NCBI GenBank assembly: GCA_965219995.1
Contig: CBDCOX010000002.1
Coordinates: 416,001 to 480,000 of the forward strand
Reading direction: 5' to 3'
Length of the DNA stretch: 64,000 bases
Source of the DNA: Candidatus Latescibacterota bacterium
Lineage (GTDB): Bacteria > Latescibacterota > UBA2968 > GCA-2709665
Below are positions 18,297 through 28,233 of the stretch, piece after piece. The number at the start of each line of letters is the position of its first letter. Within the stretch, counting starts at the first letter, position 1. The notes under the pieces are model-generated. The model had not been told where the DNA came from. It ran no database searches and saw only the letters and a list, made by a program, of their open reading frames with translations. A program made the position numbers and the translations under genes.

Positions 18297-19271
18297 CTAT
18301 GTGGCCACGCGGGGTGTTTGCACTGCGTCGCATGGTTGCGGCGTTGAATGTCCGCGTGCCACCGGGACGACGGGATACCGGTCCGGCGTGCTGCTGTCTG
18401 CTCCGGAGGCCGCGACGATCTGTTCGGCGACCCGCACTGCGCGAACGGCCGCTCCGACGTCGTGCACGCGCAGAATGTGAGCCCCGGCCGCCACGGAAAA
18501 ACCCACCGCGGCCAGCGTGCCTTCCAGCCGTTCACCCGGTGGAAGATCGAGAGCGGCGCCGGTGAACTTCTTGCGTGACGGGCCCACCAACAGGGGACAG
18601 CCGAGACCGTGGAATTCGTCCAGGCGGGCGAGGATTTCAAAGTTATGGGAATTTCGTTTTCCAAATCCCAGACCCGGGTCGATCAGTATCCTGTCGGGAG
18701 CAATTCCCGCATCCAGGGCCGCGGACCGGCGAGCGTCAAGAAAATCGATTACTTCACGCAGCAGGTTGTCGTACATCGGCTTGATCTGCATGGTACGGGG
18801 CGTGCCCTTCATGTGCATAAGCACGACCGCCGCACCCGATCGTGCGACGGTTTCGGCCATCAGGGAGTCGAATCGCATCGCGCTTATGTCGTTGACGATG
18901 CGCGCGCCCAACGCTAACGCTTCGTGCGCGACTTCCGCTTTGGTGGTGTCTACGGAGATGATGAGATCGGTTCCGGACGCGATTGCTTCGATGACGGGCG
19001 CGGTACGCCGGATCTCCTCTTCCGTCGAAACGGGATGGGCTCCCGCGCCGTATGTGCCGGCGGGGCGGGTGGATTCGCCGCCTACGTCGATGATGTCCGC
19101 CCCTTCTTCCGCCATCCTGAGCGCGCGTTCAATGGCCGGTTGCGGCTCGAAATAACGTCCACCGTCGGCGAAAGAGTCGGGTGTGACGTTGAGAACCCCC
19201 ATGATCAGGGTTCGTGAACCCAGATGCGTGATTTTACCCCGGCAATCGAGCCGGTGAGAGGGGGATTTCAT
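18297..19271 (-). CDS. folP: Dihydropteroate synthase
   Basis: MGVLNVTPDSFADGG, GGESTRP, DPGLGFGK, SRKKF, RVHDV. Start approximate. Confidence 0.95.
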   Translation of the reverse strand: MKSPSHRLDCRGKITHLGSRTLIMGVLNVTPDSFADGGRYFEPQPAIERALRMAEEGADIIDVGGESTRPAGTYGAGAHPVSTEEEIRRTAPVIEAIASGTDLIISVDTTKAEVAHEALALGARIVNDISAMRFDSLMAETVARSGAAVVLMHMKGTPRTMQIKPMYDNLLREVIDFLDARRSAALDAGIAPDRILIDPGLGFGKRNSHNFEILARLDEFHGLGCPLLVGPSRKKFTGAALDLPPGERLEGTLAAVGFSVAAGAHILRVHDVGAAVRAVRVAEQIVAASGADSSTPDRYPVVPVARGHSTPQPCDAVQTPRVAT

Positions 19272-19358
19272 GTATCGCATGGAAAAACCGGACATGCGAA
19301 AGGGATGGCAAAATGACACGGCTTTTTACCATCCCCCGGTGAAAATCGAGAACCGCGG

Positions 19359-21503
19359 CTACGAGTCGTTGTCGGATGCTTCCTGAGATTCGGCGGCTCC
19401 TTCATCCGCAGCCGACTCGTCCGATTTTATTTCGGGAGTGGCGTCCTGTGTGGGCCGTCCGTTGTGGGATTCAGACGTTTCCGGCGGCTTTTGCAGCTTC
19501 TCACCGGCAAGAATACGGTCGAGCTGGGAGTCGTCGAGCACTTCGAACTCCAGAAGCGCGTCGGCCAGAACGTGGACCTGGGCGATATTCTCCCGCAGCA
19601 GGGATTCCGCCCGTTCCTCCGCGGTGAGGACGAAGTTGCGGATTTCGTCGTCGATGACCTGTGCGACTTTTTCGCTGAAGTCCCGACGCTGGGCCATTTC
19701 GCGGCCCAGGAAGACCTCGTCCTGTCTGTTCCCGTAGGAAATGGGGCCCAGCTCTTCGCTCATGCCCCAGTCGCAGACCATCCTGCGTGCCAGGTCGGTG
19801 GCCATCTTGTAGTCCTGCTGCCCGCCGCTGGATACTTCTCCAAAGACGATTTTCTCCGCCACCCGCCCACCCAATGCGTAGGTGAGAACGGCGTCGCTGT
19901 AGCTCCTGGAATAGTTGTGGCGTTCGTCGATGGGCAGATACGTCGTCAGGCCGAGGGATTGGCCGCGGGGAATAATGGTGACCTTGTGCACGGGATCGGC
20001 CTCGGGAACGAGCTTGGCCACCAGCGCGTGACCGATCTCGTGGTATGCCGTCCGCTTCTTTTCCGAGTCGGAGATGACAAGGCTGCGCCTTTCCACGCCC
20101 ATGATGACTTTGTCTTTCGCATTCTCGAAGTCTTCCATAACCACGGAGGTTCGGTCGAACCTGGATGCGAGCAAAGCTGCCTCGTTCACCAGATTCTCCA
20201 GGTCGGCCTGCGAGAAGCCGGGCGTGGCGCGCGCGAGCACGGCCAGATCCACGTCCTTGTCCAGCGGCGTATTCCGAATGTGGACTTTCAGCACGCCTTC
20301 CCGGCCCTTGACGTCGGGCCGGTCCACAACGACCTGCCGGTCGAAACGGCCCGGTCGCAGGAGAGCCGGATCGAGTACGTCCGGCCGATTGGTGGCGGCA
20401 ATGAGAATGACGCCTTCCTTGGAGTCGAATCCGTCCATCTCAACCAGCAGCTGGTTAAGCGTCTGTTCCCGCTCGTCGTGGCCTCCGCCGATGCCCGCGC
20501 CGCGGTGCCGCCCCACAGCGTCGATTTCGTCGATGAAAATGATGCAGGGCGCATTGGCCTTGCCCTGTTCGAACAGGTCTCGCACGCGGGAGGCGCCGAC
20601 GCCCACGAACATCTCGACGAAGTCGGAGCCGCTCATACTGTAGAACGGAACCCCTGCTTCGCCGGCCACGGCTTTCGCCATGTACGTCTTGCCGGTACCC
20701 GGCGGCCCGACGAGGAGGACACCCTTCGGGATCCTGCCCCCGAGCCTCTGGAATTTCCGGGGATCCTTGAGGTACTCGATGATTTCCTGAAGCTCCTGTT
20801 TGGCCTCGTCGGATCCGGCAACGTCCTTAAACGTGACTTTCGGGCGGTCTTCCGAAACCAGCTTCGCCCTGCTCTTGCCGAAGCTGAACGCGCCCTTCGG
20901 ACCGCCCTGCATCTGCCGAAAGATGAACAGCCACAGGCCGACGAAGAGCAGCCACGGCAGGAAGTTGAAGAACACCTTCAACCAGTCGAAGGGTTTTTCC
21001 TGGAACCGAAAGTCGATTTCGTACTTTTCCCAGTCGGCGATTGCCTCTTCGCCGATGACGCCCAGGTTGACCACAAAGGTGCGGTATGCCTGTTGCGAGC
21101 CCCGGCTGGTTGCATATTCGGGTTCGCGCAACGTACCATAGAAATCACTGTCGATGATGACGGCGCTTTCGATCTTGCCCTGTTTCATCAGCGTCCTGTA
21201 TTCCTTGTAGCTCAGGACCACGTCGCCCGAGCCGGTACTGCTTCCGAAGAAACGGGTCGCGAACAGGGCGACCAAAACAAAAAAGACCCAGAATGCAAGC
21301 GTCTTTGAGCGCCGACGCCATTCGCTGCCGTCGTTCTCGGGACCGGACCCGGGCTCCCGGTTGGGTCGCGGCCGCGGCCGGTTCCGCGGCGCCTCGGGAG
21401 GGTCCCGGTCCCCGTCGGATTCAGGTTTCAGTTCCGGCACAGGCGGCTTCATTTCCTTCTGTTCCGCGGCCGGAGTCTCTTCCTGGTCTTTGCGTTCTGC
21501 CAT
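19359..21503 (-). CDS. ftsH: ATP-dependent zinc metalloprotease FtsH
   Basis: Two TM segments, [15 protein letters not shown] motif, HEIGH zinc motif. Start at ATG 21503. Confidence 0.97.
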   Translation of the reverse strand: MAERKDQEETPAAEQKEMKPPVPELKPESDGDRDPPEAPRNRPRPRPNREPGSGPENDGSEWRRRSKTLAFWVFFVLVALFATRFFGSSTGSGDVVLSYKEYRTLMKQGKIESAVIIDSDFYGTLREPEYATSRGSQQAYRTFVVNLGVIGEEAIADWEKYEIDFRFQEKPFDWLKVFFNFLPWLLFVGLWLFIFRQMQGGPKGAFSFGKSRAKLVSEDRPKVTFKDVAGSDEAKQELQEIIEYLKDPRKFQRLGGRIPKGVLLVGPPGTGKTYMAKAVAGEAGVPFYSMSGSDFVEMFVGVGASRVRDLFEQGKANAPCIIFIDEIDAVGRHRGAGIGGGHDEREQTLNQLLVEMDGFDSKEGVILIAATNRPDVLDPALLRPGRFDRQVVVDRPDVKGREGVLKVHIRNTPLDKDVDLAVLARATPGFSQADLENLVNEAALLASRFDRTSVVMEDFENAKDKVIMGVERRSLVISDSEKKRTAYHEIGHALVAKLVPEADPVHKVTIIPRGQSLGLTTYLPIDERHNYSRSYSDAVLTYALGGRVAEKIVFGEVSSGGQQDYKMATDLARRMVCDWGMSEELGPISYGNRQDEVFLGREMAQRRDFSEKVAQVIDDEIRNFVLTAEERAESLLRENIAQVHVLADALLEFEVLDDSQLDRILAGEKLQKPPETSESHNGRPTQDATPEIKSDESAADEGAAESQEASDNDS

Positions 21504-21526
21504 AGATACCGCCTCGACGAACTTGC

Positions 21527-22951
21527 TTAAGAGGAAGCGATTACGCGTCCCCAGCCACCTCTGAAGGTGACGTCCAGCACCGTCTTTGTCCGATGGGTGA
21601 CGGCCGTTGGGCGGGCCGTACGCAAGCCGACCACCCAAAGGATGGCCTTCCCGTCCAGCAGCAGCGGAACTTCGTCACGCAACGGCCTGGGAATCTTGAG
21701 GTTGATAAACAGGTCGCTGATCTTTTGCGTTCCATTCAGGCCGAACGGCACGAAACGGTCCGCTCGGCGCCGGTTTCTCAGCGTCAGCCCTCCGGCGAGC
21801 GCATCCCGGTCGAAACAGGCGCGAAACGGATCGCTCGTCAGATCCTGCTCCCGCACCTGGCTGGCTGGACGGATTCTCGTCTCCAGGACGGCGCCGATTT
21901 CCGGGATTTCGGTGACGCCCGGAACCGCCACTTCGGTCTCGAACGCCGGCGTTGGCCGACTCACGATCAGCCATGGACCGGTGCGATGAACGGAGATACC
22001 GGAAGCCACCTGAACCGCGCCGGCTGGCGCCAGACGCAGGGATTGCATGCGTGAAACACTCTGCTCATGCAGTTCCCGCGCACAGCCTCGAAGCCGAAAA
22101 AAGGCCGTTCTGAAAATCCTGCGTTGAAGTGCTATATGATAACCGAAAACGGCGTTTTCATCAAGAATTATTTTTCGCTTGCCCTCGTAGCGAAGAGCCG
22201 CTCGGAACGCCGATTCCGCCTGCTGATCGAGCAGTTGATCTTCCCCCTGGATGATCTCCGCGGACCGTGCCAGGGCCGCCTCGATGGCGGGGTTGTATTC
22301 CGACGCGAGCTTCGGCAGGAGACGATGCCGGATCCGGTTCCTGAGAAAGCGGTGATCGGCGTTGGAATCGTCGTAACGCACATGCAGGTCCCGGTGGTCG
22401 ACATAGGTCTCGATCTGTTGGCGCGAAACCGTCAGGAGGGGGCGGATCCAGATGCCGTCGCGGATCGGTCTGATCGCGCCCAGCCCGGTCGGACCGGCGC
22501 CGCTGAACATGCGCATCAGGACAGTTTCGGCCTGATCGCTGCGTGTATGGCCCAATGCGATCCGCGAAGCGCCTGCGGTCCGCATAACGCGTTCAAGAAA
22601 TGCGAGTCGCGCTTCGCGGGCATCCGATTCAGGGGATCCCCGTCCCGCCAGAGTGGCTCTTTCCGAATAGAACGGGAGATCCATCGAGGCGGCGAGATCC
22701 CTCACGAATCTTTCGTCCACATCGGATGCCGGTCCCCTGAGTTGATGGTTGAGGTGGGCGACGCAGAGCGAGATATCGAGAGATTCGCGAAGCCTGACCA
22801 GCAGATCCAGAAGCGATACGGAGTCCGGGCCGCCCGAAACGCCGACCACAATCCGGTCCCCGACCCGGACCATTTCGTGCCTGTCAATGTAGGAAAACAC
22901 GACCTGGAGCAGGTCCGGCGTATCGGTATCCGGGCTTTTTTTACGTGCCAT
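21527..22951 (-). CDS. tilS: tRNA(Ile)-lysidine synthetase
   Basis: SGGPDS PP-loop, [21 protein letters not shown]; typical position upstream of ftsH. Confidence 0.96.
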   Translation of the reverse strand: MARKKSPDTDTPDLLQVVFSYIDRHEMVRVGDRIVVGVSGGPDSVSLLDLLVRLRESLDISLCVAHLNHQLRGPASDVDERFVRDLAASMDLPFYSERATLAGRGSPESDAREARLAFLERVMRTAGASRIALGHTRSDQAETVLMRMFSGAGPTGLGAIRPIRDGIWIRPLLTVSRQQIETYVDHRDLHVRYDDSNADHRFLRNRIRHRLLPKLASEYNPAIEAALARSAEIIQGEDQLLDQQAESAFRAALRYEGKRKIILDENAVFGYHIALQRRIFRTAFFRLRGCARELHEQSVSRMQSLRLAPAGAVQVASGISVHRTGPWLIVSRPTPAFETEVAVPGVTEIPEIGAVLETRIRPASQVREQDLTSDPFRACFDRDALAGGLTLRNRRRADRFVPFGLNGTQKISDLFINLKIPRPLRDEVPLLLDGKAILWVVGLRTARPTAVTHRTKTVLDVTFRGGWGRVIASS

Positions 22952-23205
22952 GGTTGAATCGCGAGGAGGTGCAGGGGCAGACGGTCAGGGGCGCCTTGCC
23001 CAGTGTTCGACGTGACACGGTGCGGCGATTGAAGTCGGATCCTGAAGACGGCAGATTATCGGCATTTTACCTGTTAGACGCCGCGGAAATCGGATCGGTT
23101 TCTGAAAACCGGCGTCGGATGATCCAGGCGACAGTGCAACTGTTGCGTGCCGCAACCGCGTCGTGCAAAATAAAAGCTTTGCGATTTCTCGGTAAGATCA
23201 AGAAC

Positions 23206-23241
23206 AAGAAAAGACACGCTGATTTCAGCGTGTCTTTTCTT
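23206..23241. terminator. Intrinsic terminator downstream of the redoxin operon
   Basis: aagaaaagacacgctga-tt-tcagcgtgtcttttctt inverted repeat. Confidence 0.75.
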
Positions 23242-23260
23242 CCAGATGGCTTCTTTTGGC

Positions 23261-24241
23261 TCAGGGCACGCGTTTTCCGAAGTTCTTCGCGAATTCCAGA
23301 AAGTCCGGAAAGTCGACCAACCCGTTTCCGTTCAGGTCGAAGGTGGCGTTGTCGGTGCTGAAGGCCTGGGCGAATGCGACGAAGTCGCTGAACCCGATTT
23401 CTCCGTCATTGTCGAAGTCGGCCCGGGGATTGACGGGGACAACGATGGCCGTTCCTGAAAGAGCGACGGTGACGCTGCTGTTTTCAGGGTCGTCACTGGA
23501 AATGGTAATGGTGCCGGAGAATGGACCGCCCTCCGAGGGTGTAAAGGTGATGTCGACTGTAGCGCTGTCGCCAGGCGCGACCATGAGTTCCGTCAGGCTG
23601 AACATGACGCCCTCGAGGTCGGATACCATGTTCGAAATGCTGAGGTCGGTCCCGCCGGTATTCTGCACGACCAGCTTCAGGGTTCGCGACTCGCCCGCCG
23701 GAACGTCTTCACCAAAGTCGAGCGATGTATTGGCGAGGCTGATTGCGGGCGGCGTAACGGTCAGCAATTCCCGGATACTCGCCGCCGCGGCGCTGAGACC
23801 GGAAGCGCCGCGCCCAATGTGGCGGACGATTCCCTCACGGTCCGCGACCAGCAACGTGTGGGTCCCGTGCGATCCCCTGATACTGCCCGCCCTCAGCAGG
23901 AGGGGAAACGTGATCGAGGTCGTCGACTGAAAACCTTGAAGTTGGGACTGACTGCCATTGTAGATGTCGAGCCCCAGGACCGCAACGCCGTCATCCTGGA
24001 ACGCCTTCCAGATCTGCTGTTCAATGGACGGACCCGCCGCCCTGCACGTGGGTCAGTTGTGGCCCAGGTAATAGAGGACCAGGACACCGCCCTTGTAGGT
24101 CGCCGAGGCGTAGGTCTTCCCGTCCAGCCCCGTAAGCGAGAACGTCGGTACCGCGTCGCCGACACTCTGGGCTTCCGCGGGTTCCGGCGGGTTGAGTCCG
24201 AAGAACAGCAGAAACACAAGGCACGCCGCGATTCGACTCAT
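23261..24241 (-). CDS. Putative exported selenoprotein: redoxin (UxxC) + Ig-like (ASH/choice-of-anchor-like) + dockerin-like domains, 326 aa
   Basis: ORFs 24053-24241 and 23261-23854 are in frame and joined by 66 open codons after TGA (24053-24055). Read-through gives LYYLGHN-U-PTC at the thioredoxin active-site position. Signal peptide present; C-terminal DFDNDGEIGFSDF...DLNGNGLVDFPDF. Confidence 0.85.
24026..24042 (-). promoter_or_regulatory. Candidate bacterial SECIS hairpin
   Basis: GGGCGG-CGGGT-CCGTCC begins 10 nt after the UGA; the apical loop starts 16 nt after it and has G in position 2. Confidence 0.65.
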
Positions 24242-24274
24242 CGAAGGCCTCCTTCAAGAAAGTGAAAGTTCGCG

Positions 24275-25873
24275 TCAGAAATGGGTTTTAAGTCGCATTT
24301 CCAGTCCACTGAACGGCAACACAAGATAGCATGTCCCCGATGTACACGCGGCGCCGCCTCTCCTGCGTCCGGCGAATACGAAGGCTTCGTATCTATCGAG
24401 GAAGGCGACGTTGAGACTGACCGCCAACCAGGTCCGCGATCCGGTTTCGATCCGGTCCGTCGTGACGTTATCGTCCACTTCGAACGGATCGTTGGTGCGA
24501 TCCAGAATGAGAGCGGCGCCCGCGCCCGAGGGATGCTGGAATGAAAACTGAGCATACACATCCCGGAACGTCTGCTCGTTTCGGGGAAGCCTGGCAGCGC
24601 GTCGGAACTGCAGATCGAAGCTCGTGACAGCCCCGCCGGGTGCGGTGGACTCGATCCCCGCGCCGGCGATCCTGTGCATTCGGATGCCCTTCAATTCGTC
24701 CTTGCCCCAATTCACGAACAGGCTGGTCGATATCGCGCGGCCGTGGTCTTCCCTGTGGTGGTCGATGTCCAGGCCGACGTACCGTTCATTGAAAGTCGTC
24801 GCGAATCCGGGCGCCAGTTCGTTCTTTCCCTTACTGATGTTTGCCGTCAGCGTCCCCATCCCGAAAATCGAATACGTGGCCTCCGCCTGGTAGCCCGTTT
24901 CCGTATCGGCAATCAGTGCATGGGTCGCCCGGTTGAGCAGGACGGCCGAGTGTTCGCGGACCAGGGAAGGGGGATCGTTGAAACTGAAGGCGAAATTCTC
25001 ATAGTCCTTGTATTCCAGGCTGAGACCCAGGTTGGAAATTCCGGCGTTGGCCGAAAGATACAGAGCGCTTCCGTCCACGTGGACGTCATTCAGCCCGGCG
25101 TATTCGGCGTAGACGGTCGCGTACAGATCAGAGAGTCCGGATGCCTCCAACGCCGGCGTGACGTCCAGTTCCAGGAAGCCCGACCAGGTTCGGGTCGAAT
25201 CGAGCCTGGAGGCGTGATGGCTGACCGCCGTAACGCCGGCCTCGATCTGGCTGGCAGGCCGTAGCGATACCTCGCCTCCGACAAGCCAGCTATCGCGCCG
25301 CGGCAGGTCCCGGAGCGGGTTACCCACTCGTACCGCGGGCGGAATATCACTTAATACGGGTCGCCCGATCAGGGCTTTGGCCCCGGCCCGCGGCCCGGTC
25401 CAGGTGGCCATGCTGCCCTCGAGGTCTCGCGAGGGCGAATAGCGTCGCCGGTATTGCCCGCTCTCCAGAATAACGCCCGGCAGATCGAATGCCCTGAGCG
25501 TAATACCCCGCCCCAGGATCGCATAATAGTTGCCCGCAACCAGCTCCACGGGTCCCTGCGTCCAGCGAAGGTGTTTCTGTGAAACATGCACGACCTGGTA
25601 TTCGACCTGCGATAGCGGCGTGCCGGGAGCGGGGTTGCGCCACGCATTGAAGATCTCCGCCCGAAGTCCGGCCTGCATGCCGTGCCGCGTGTAGTCGACG
25701 TCGAACTGCTCATAAAGCGACGAAGCCGCCAGTGAGTCCGAGCCCGGTACGCGTCCCCGCTGGATTTCGGTCAGGCTGGATGCCGTCACCTGAGCACCGC
25801 CCGGTTTCGACGTCACCAGCAGAAGGAGCATTGTCAGGCTATTTGCCAGTGCTCGCATCGGCGTTTGCCTCAT
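24275..25873 (-). CDS. DUF6029-like outer-membrane beta-barrel protein
   Basis: Signal peptide, GNYYAILGRGITLRAF, LEYKDY, NDPPSLVREH, C-terminal RRGGAACTSGTC...F. Start is 25873 or 25858. Confidence 0.7.
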   Translation of the reverse strand: MRQTPMRALANSLTMLLLLVTSKPGGAQVTASSLTEIQRGRVPGSDSLAASSLYEQFDVDYTRHGMQAGLRAEIFNAWRNPAPGTPLSQVEYQVVHVSQKHLRWTQGPVELVAGNYYAILGRGITLRAFDLPGVILESGQYRRRYSPSRDLEGSMATWTGPRAGAKALIGRPVLSDIPPAVRVGNPLRDLPRRDSWLVGGEVSLRPASQIEAGVTAVSHHASRLDSTRTWSGFLELDVTPALEASGLSDLYATVYAEYAGLNDVHVDGSALYLSANAGISNLGLSLEYKDYENFAFSFNDPPSLVREHSAVLLNRATHALIADTETGYQAEATYSIFGMGTLTANISKGKNELAPGFATTFNERYVGLDIDHHREDHGRAISTSLFVNWGKDELKGIRMHRIAGAGIESTAPGGAVTSFDLQFRRAARLPRNEQTFRDVYAQFSFQHPSGAGAALILDRTNDPFEVDDNVTTDRIETGSRTWLAVSLNVAFLDRYEAFVFAGRRRGGAACTSGTCYLVLPFSGLEMRLKTHF

Positions 25874-26378
25874 CGTCGCCGCCGGCATCCGGAAAAAGCG
25901 CCGCAACCGCAGCCAGTAACGCCTCGGCGTTTTTCGAGTTATACCCGACCTGCCGTAGCGCAATCTCCCCGTCGGGTGTGATCAGAAGCGTCGTCGGCAG
26001 GACGTTCACCTGCATTCGCCGCATCACCGCGCTGTCAGAGTCGAGGGCGATGGGGAAGTTAACCCTTCGCGCCCTGAGAAAGGGTTTCACCCGGTTCTGT
26101 CCGCGCGGACCGTCCACGTTGACGCCAAGAACCGTGAGCCCGGATTTTCCGTATTTCTCGTGGATCTTCTGTAGCTTGGGCATTGCCTTGATGCAAGGCT
26201 TGCAGTAGGTCGCCCAGAAATCCAGAAGCACGGGTCCCTTTGCCAGCAGGGTCTTGAGGTTGACCCGTTCGCCCTGCAGATTCCGGAGGTTGAAGTCGGG
26301 GGCCGAGGCGGCGTTCGCGGACGCCGCAGACAGTGTGATCGAGGCGGCAAGAGCCAGCGATTGAAGGGTCGATTTCAT
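25839..26378 (-). CDS. TlpA/ResA-like periplasmic thiol-disulfide oxidoreductase
   Basis: Signal peptide, APDFNL, DFWATYCKPC, LPTT. ATG at 26378 with GGGAG RBS. Confidence 0.92.
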   Translation of the reverse strand: MKSTLQSLALAASITLSAASANAASAPDFNLRNLQGERVNLKTLLAKGPVLLDFWATYCKPCIKAMPKLQKIHEKYGKSGLTVLGVNVDGPRGQNRVKPFLRARRVNFPIALDSDSAVMRRMQVNVLPTTLLITPDGEIALRQVGYNSKNAEALLAAVAALFPDAGGDDEANADASTGK

Positions 26379-26657
26379 CAGTCGAGTCTCTCCCTGATGT
26401 TTCAGCGGCGTTACGAGGAAGTTGCCGTTACACTGAAAAACGCCCGAAGCATCTGACCGGTTCCGGAACCCACGCTGACGCGCGCAATACACGGTGCGCC
26501 GGATTGACGTCGAATTGATTAACAATAACCGAAAGATCACGGCGCATCAAGCGCTATTTTGCTTTGTTTCATAGAGGTCGGGCAGGCGGCTAAACGGCCT
26601 GGCGGCTGAAAAACCGCGGGAGTAACGACGACCTCGATACCGACGATCCGTTTCCGC

Positions 26658-26686
26658 TTGCAGCGCATTTTCGTTCAATCTATATT
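26658..26686 (+). promoter_or_regulatory. sigma70-type promoter for the Gfo/Idh/MocA gene
   Basis: TTGCAG, 17 nt, TATATT. Confidence 0.5.
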
Positions 26687-26849
26687 GTGGCGATCGACCG
26701 CATCCGCGGGCGCCCGCGGATGCGTAACCAATAATGTCCTGAAGGCGTCAGAATCGAATGACGCGTTTGCGTGTGGGCGTCAACACACGACCGGACACCG
26801 GGCCGTCCGTTTTGCGGACGGTCGTTGAATTTCAGGAGAAGGGCTCGCC

Positions 26850-27902
26850 ATGCTAAACATCGGCATAATCGGCATTGGATTTATGGGGATGACGCACTTT
26901 CGCGGCGCCCGGCGGGTGAAGGGGGGAAAGGTGGCGGCCATCTGTACGCGGGACGAGAGAAAACTGAGGGGAGACTGGCGGGGAATTCATGGTAACTTCG
27001 GGGATCCGGGGGGAATCGAGGATCTGGCCGGTATAAGGACATACCGCAAGATCGACGATTTGCTGGCCGATCCCGGGATCGATCTCGTGAACATCTGTCT
27101 GCCCTCCGCCATGCACAAAGACGTCACGATTGCGGCCCTGCGCGCGGGCAAGCATGTGCTCCTGGAAAAGCCGATCGCGCTGAATCCGAAAGACGCGGAC
27201 CGGATGGTCCAGGAGGCGAAAGATGTCCGGCGATCGCTGATGGTAGCCCAGGTGCTCCCGTTTTTTCCGGAATTCGACTATGCCCGGAAGGTCGTCGCCG
27301 GCGGCGAGTATGGAGCCCTTCTGGGCGCGCATTTCAAACGGATTATCTCGCAACCCGACTGGTCTTCGGAATTCGGCGACGTGGCACGCAGCGGCGGACC
27401 GGGCGTTGACCTGCACATCCATGATACCCATTACATTCAGTTGCTGTGCGGTGTGCCAGACCACGTATCTTCCACCGGTCGGCTGGTCGACGATCATTAC
27501 GCCGAATATCTGTGCACCAGCTACCGGTACCTCGACCGCCCCGGCCTGAGCGTTACCTGCGCGTCGGGAGCGATTTCGCAGCCCGGCCGCGCATTTGCCC
27601 ACGGTTTTGAAATCTACCTCGAGAAGGCGACGTTGATTTACGAATTCGCTACGCTGGGCGACAAGCCCGTTCTGTCCATGCCGCTCACGCTTCTGACCGA
27701 AGACAAGAAGGTCCGGAAACCCAGGCTGGGTTCCGGGGACCCGGTGGTGGCGTTTACCAGGGAGATCCAGGCTGCCGTGGACGAAGTGGCGAAAGGGGTT
27801 CCCGCCGAGGCGTTGTCCGGGACCCTGGCGGCGGACGCGCTCCGGCTCTGTTTCAAGGAGGTCCAGTCCGTGCGTCGCGGCCGGGCGGTGCGGGTGAAAT
27901 GA
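26850..27902 (+). CDS. Gfo/Idh/MocA family oxidoreductase
   Basis: GIIGIGFMG, GKHVLLEKP, DLHIHD; AGGAG RBS. Confidence 0.93.
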   Translation: MLNIGIIGIGFMGMTHFRGARRVKGGKVAAICTRDERKLRGDWRGIHGNFGDPGGIEDLAGIRTYRKIDDLLADPGIDLVNICLPSAMHKDVTIAALRAGKHVLLEKPIALNPKDADRMVQEAKDVRRSLMVAQVLPFFPEFDYARKVVAGGEYGALLGAHFKRIISQPDWSSEFGDVARSGGPGVDLHIHDTHYIQLLCGVPDHVSSTGRLVDDHYAEYLCTSYRYLDRPGLSVTCASGAISQPGRAFAHGFEIYLEKATLIYEFATLGDKPVLSMPLTLLTEDKKVRKPRLGSGDPVVAFTREIQAAVDEVAKGVPAEALSGTLAADALRLCFKEVQSVRRGRAVRVK

Positions 27903-27968
27903 AAAATGGGGGAGGATAGCGGGGAAACCATTCGGACTGTGTGCGACCACACGCGCAGAACAGGTGCC

Positions 27969-28010
27969 GAGCGGGCGGTTTGCCGACAAGCCGCCCGCTC
28001 ACTTATTTTA
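27969..28010 (+). terminator. Intrinsic terminator
   Basis: gagcgggcggtttg-ccga-caagccgcccgctc followed by an AT/T-rich tail. Confidence 0.6.
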
Positions 28011-28172
28011 GTAGCTGTTTTAAAATTCCCAGCGGTCTTCGCGCGGCTGCAAAAGCCCCGGTCGGCGTTGGTCAAATCCACCCGTATATACAAATATGGG
28101 CGAATTCTCCCGCCTTGACCGCCGCTTTTTCGCTCGCGCTCGGGAACTCACCGGTAATTTTAGAGCAGCTTC
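28011..28172. mobile_element. 162-bp MITE, copy 2 (inverted relative to copy 1)
   Basis: Ends GTAGCTGTTTTAAAATT / AATTTTAGAGCAGCTTC flanked by direct TTA; the interior is a reverse-complement homolog of 8249-8410. Confidence 0.8.
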
Positions 28173-28233
28173 TTACCTGTTCGCCACGTGTCGCGATGCG
28201 AAATCGACCGGTATGCCGGGAGTCTGGAACGGG

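Noticed and set aside
19464-21308. 614-aa plus-strand ORF and similar long antisense ORFs (e.g. 50653-52371, 16923-18347)
   Set aside because: They mirror well-supported genes on the opposite strand, as expected from high-GC codon bias.
24053-24241. 62-aa peptide plus a separate 197-aa protein, or a nonsense pseudogene
   Set aside because: The stop falls exactly at the redox-active position, the frame continues intact and a SECIS-like hairpin follows, so Sec read-through explains it better.
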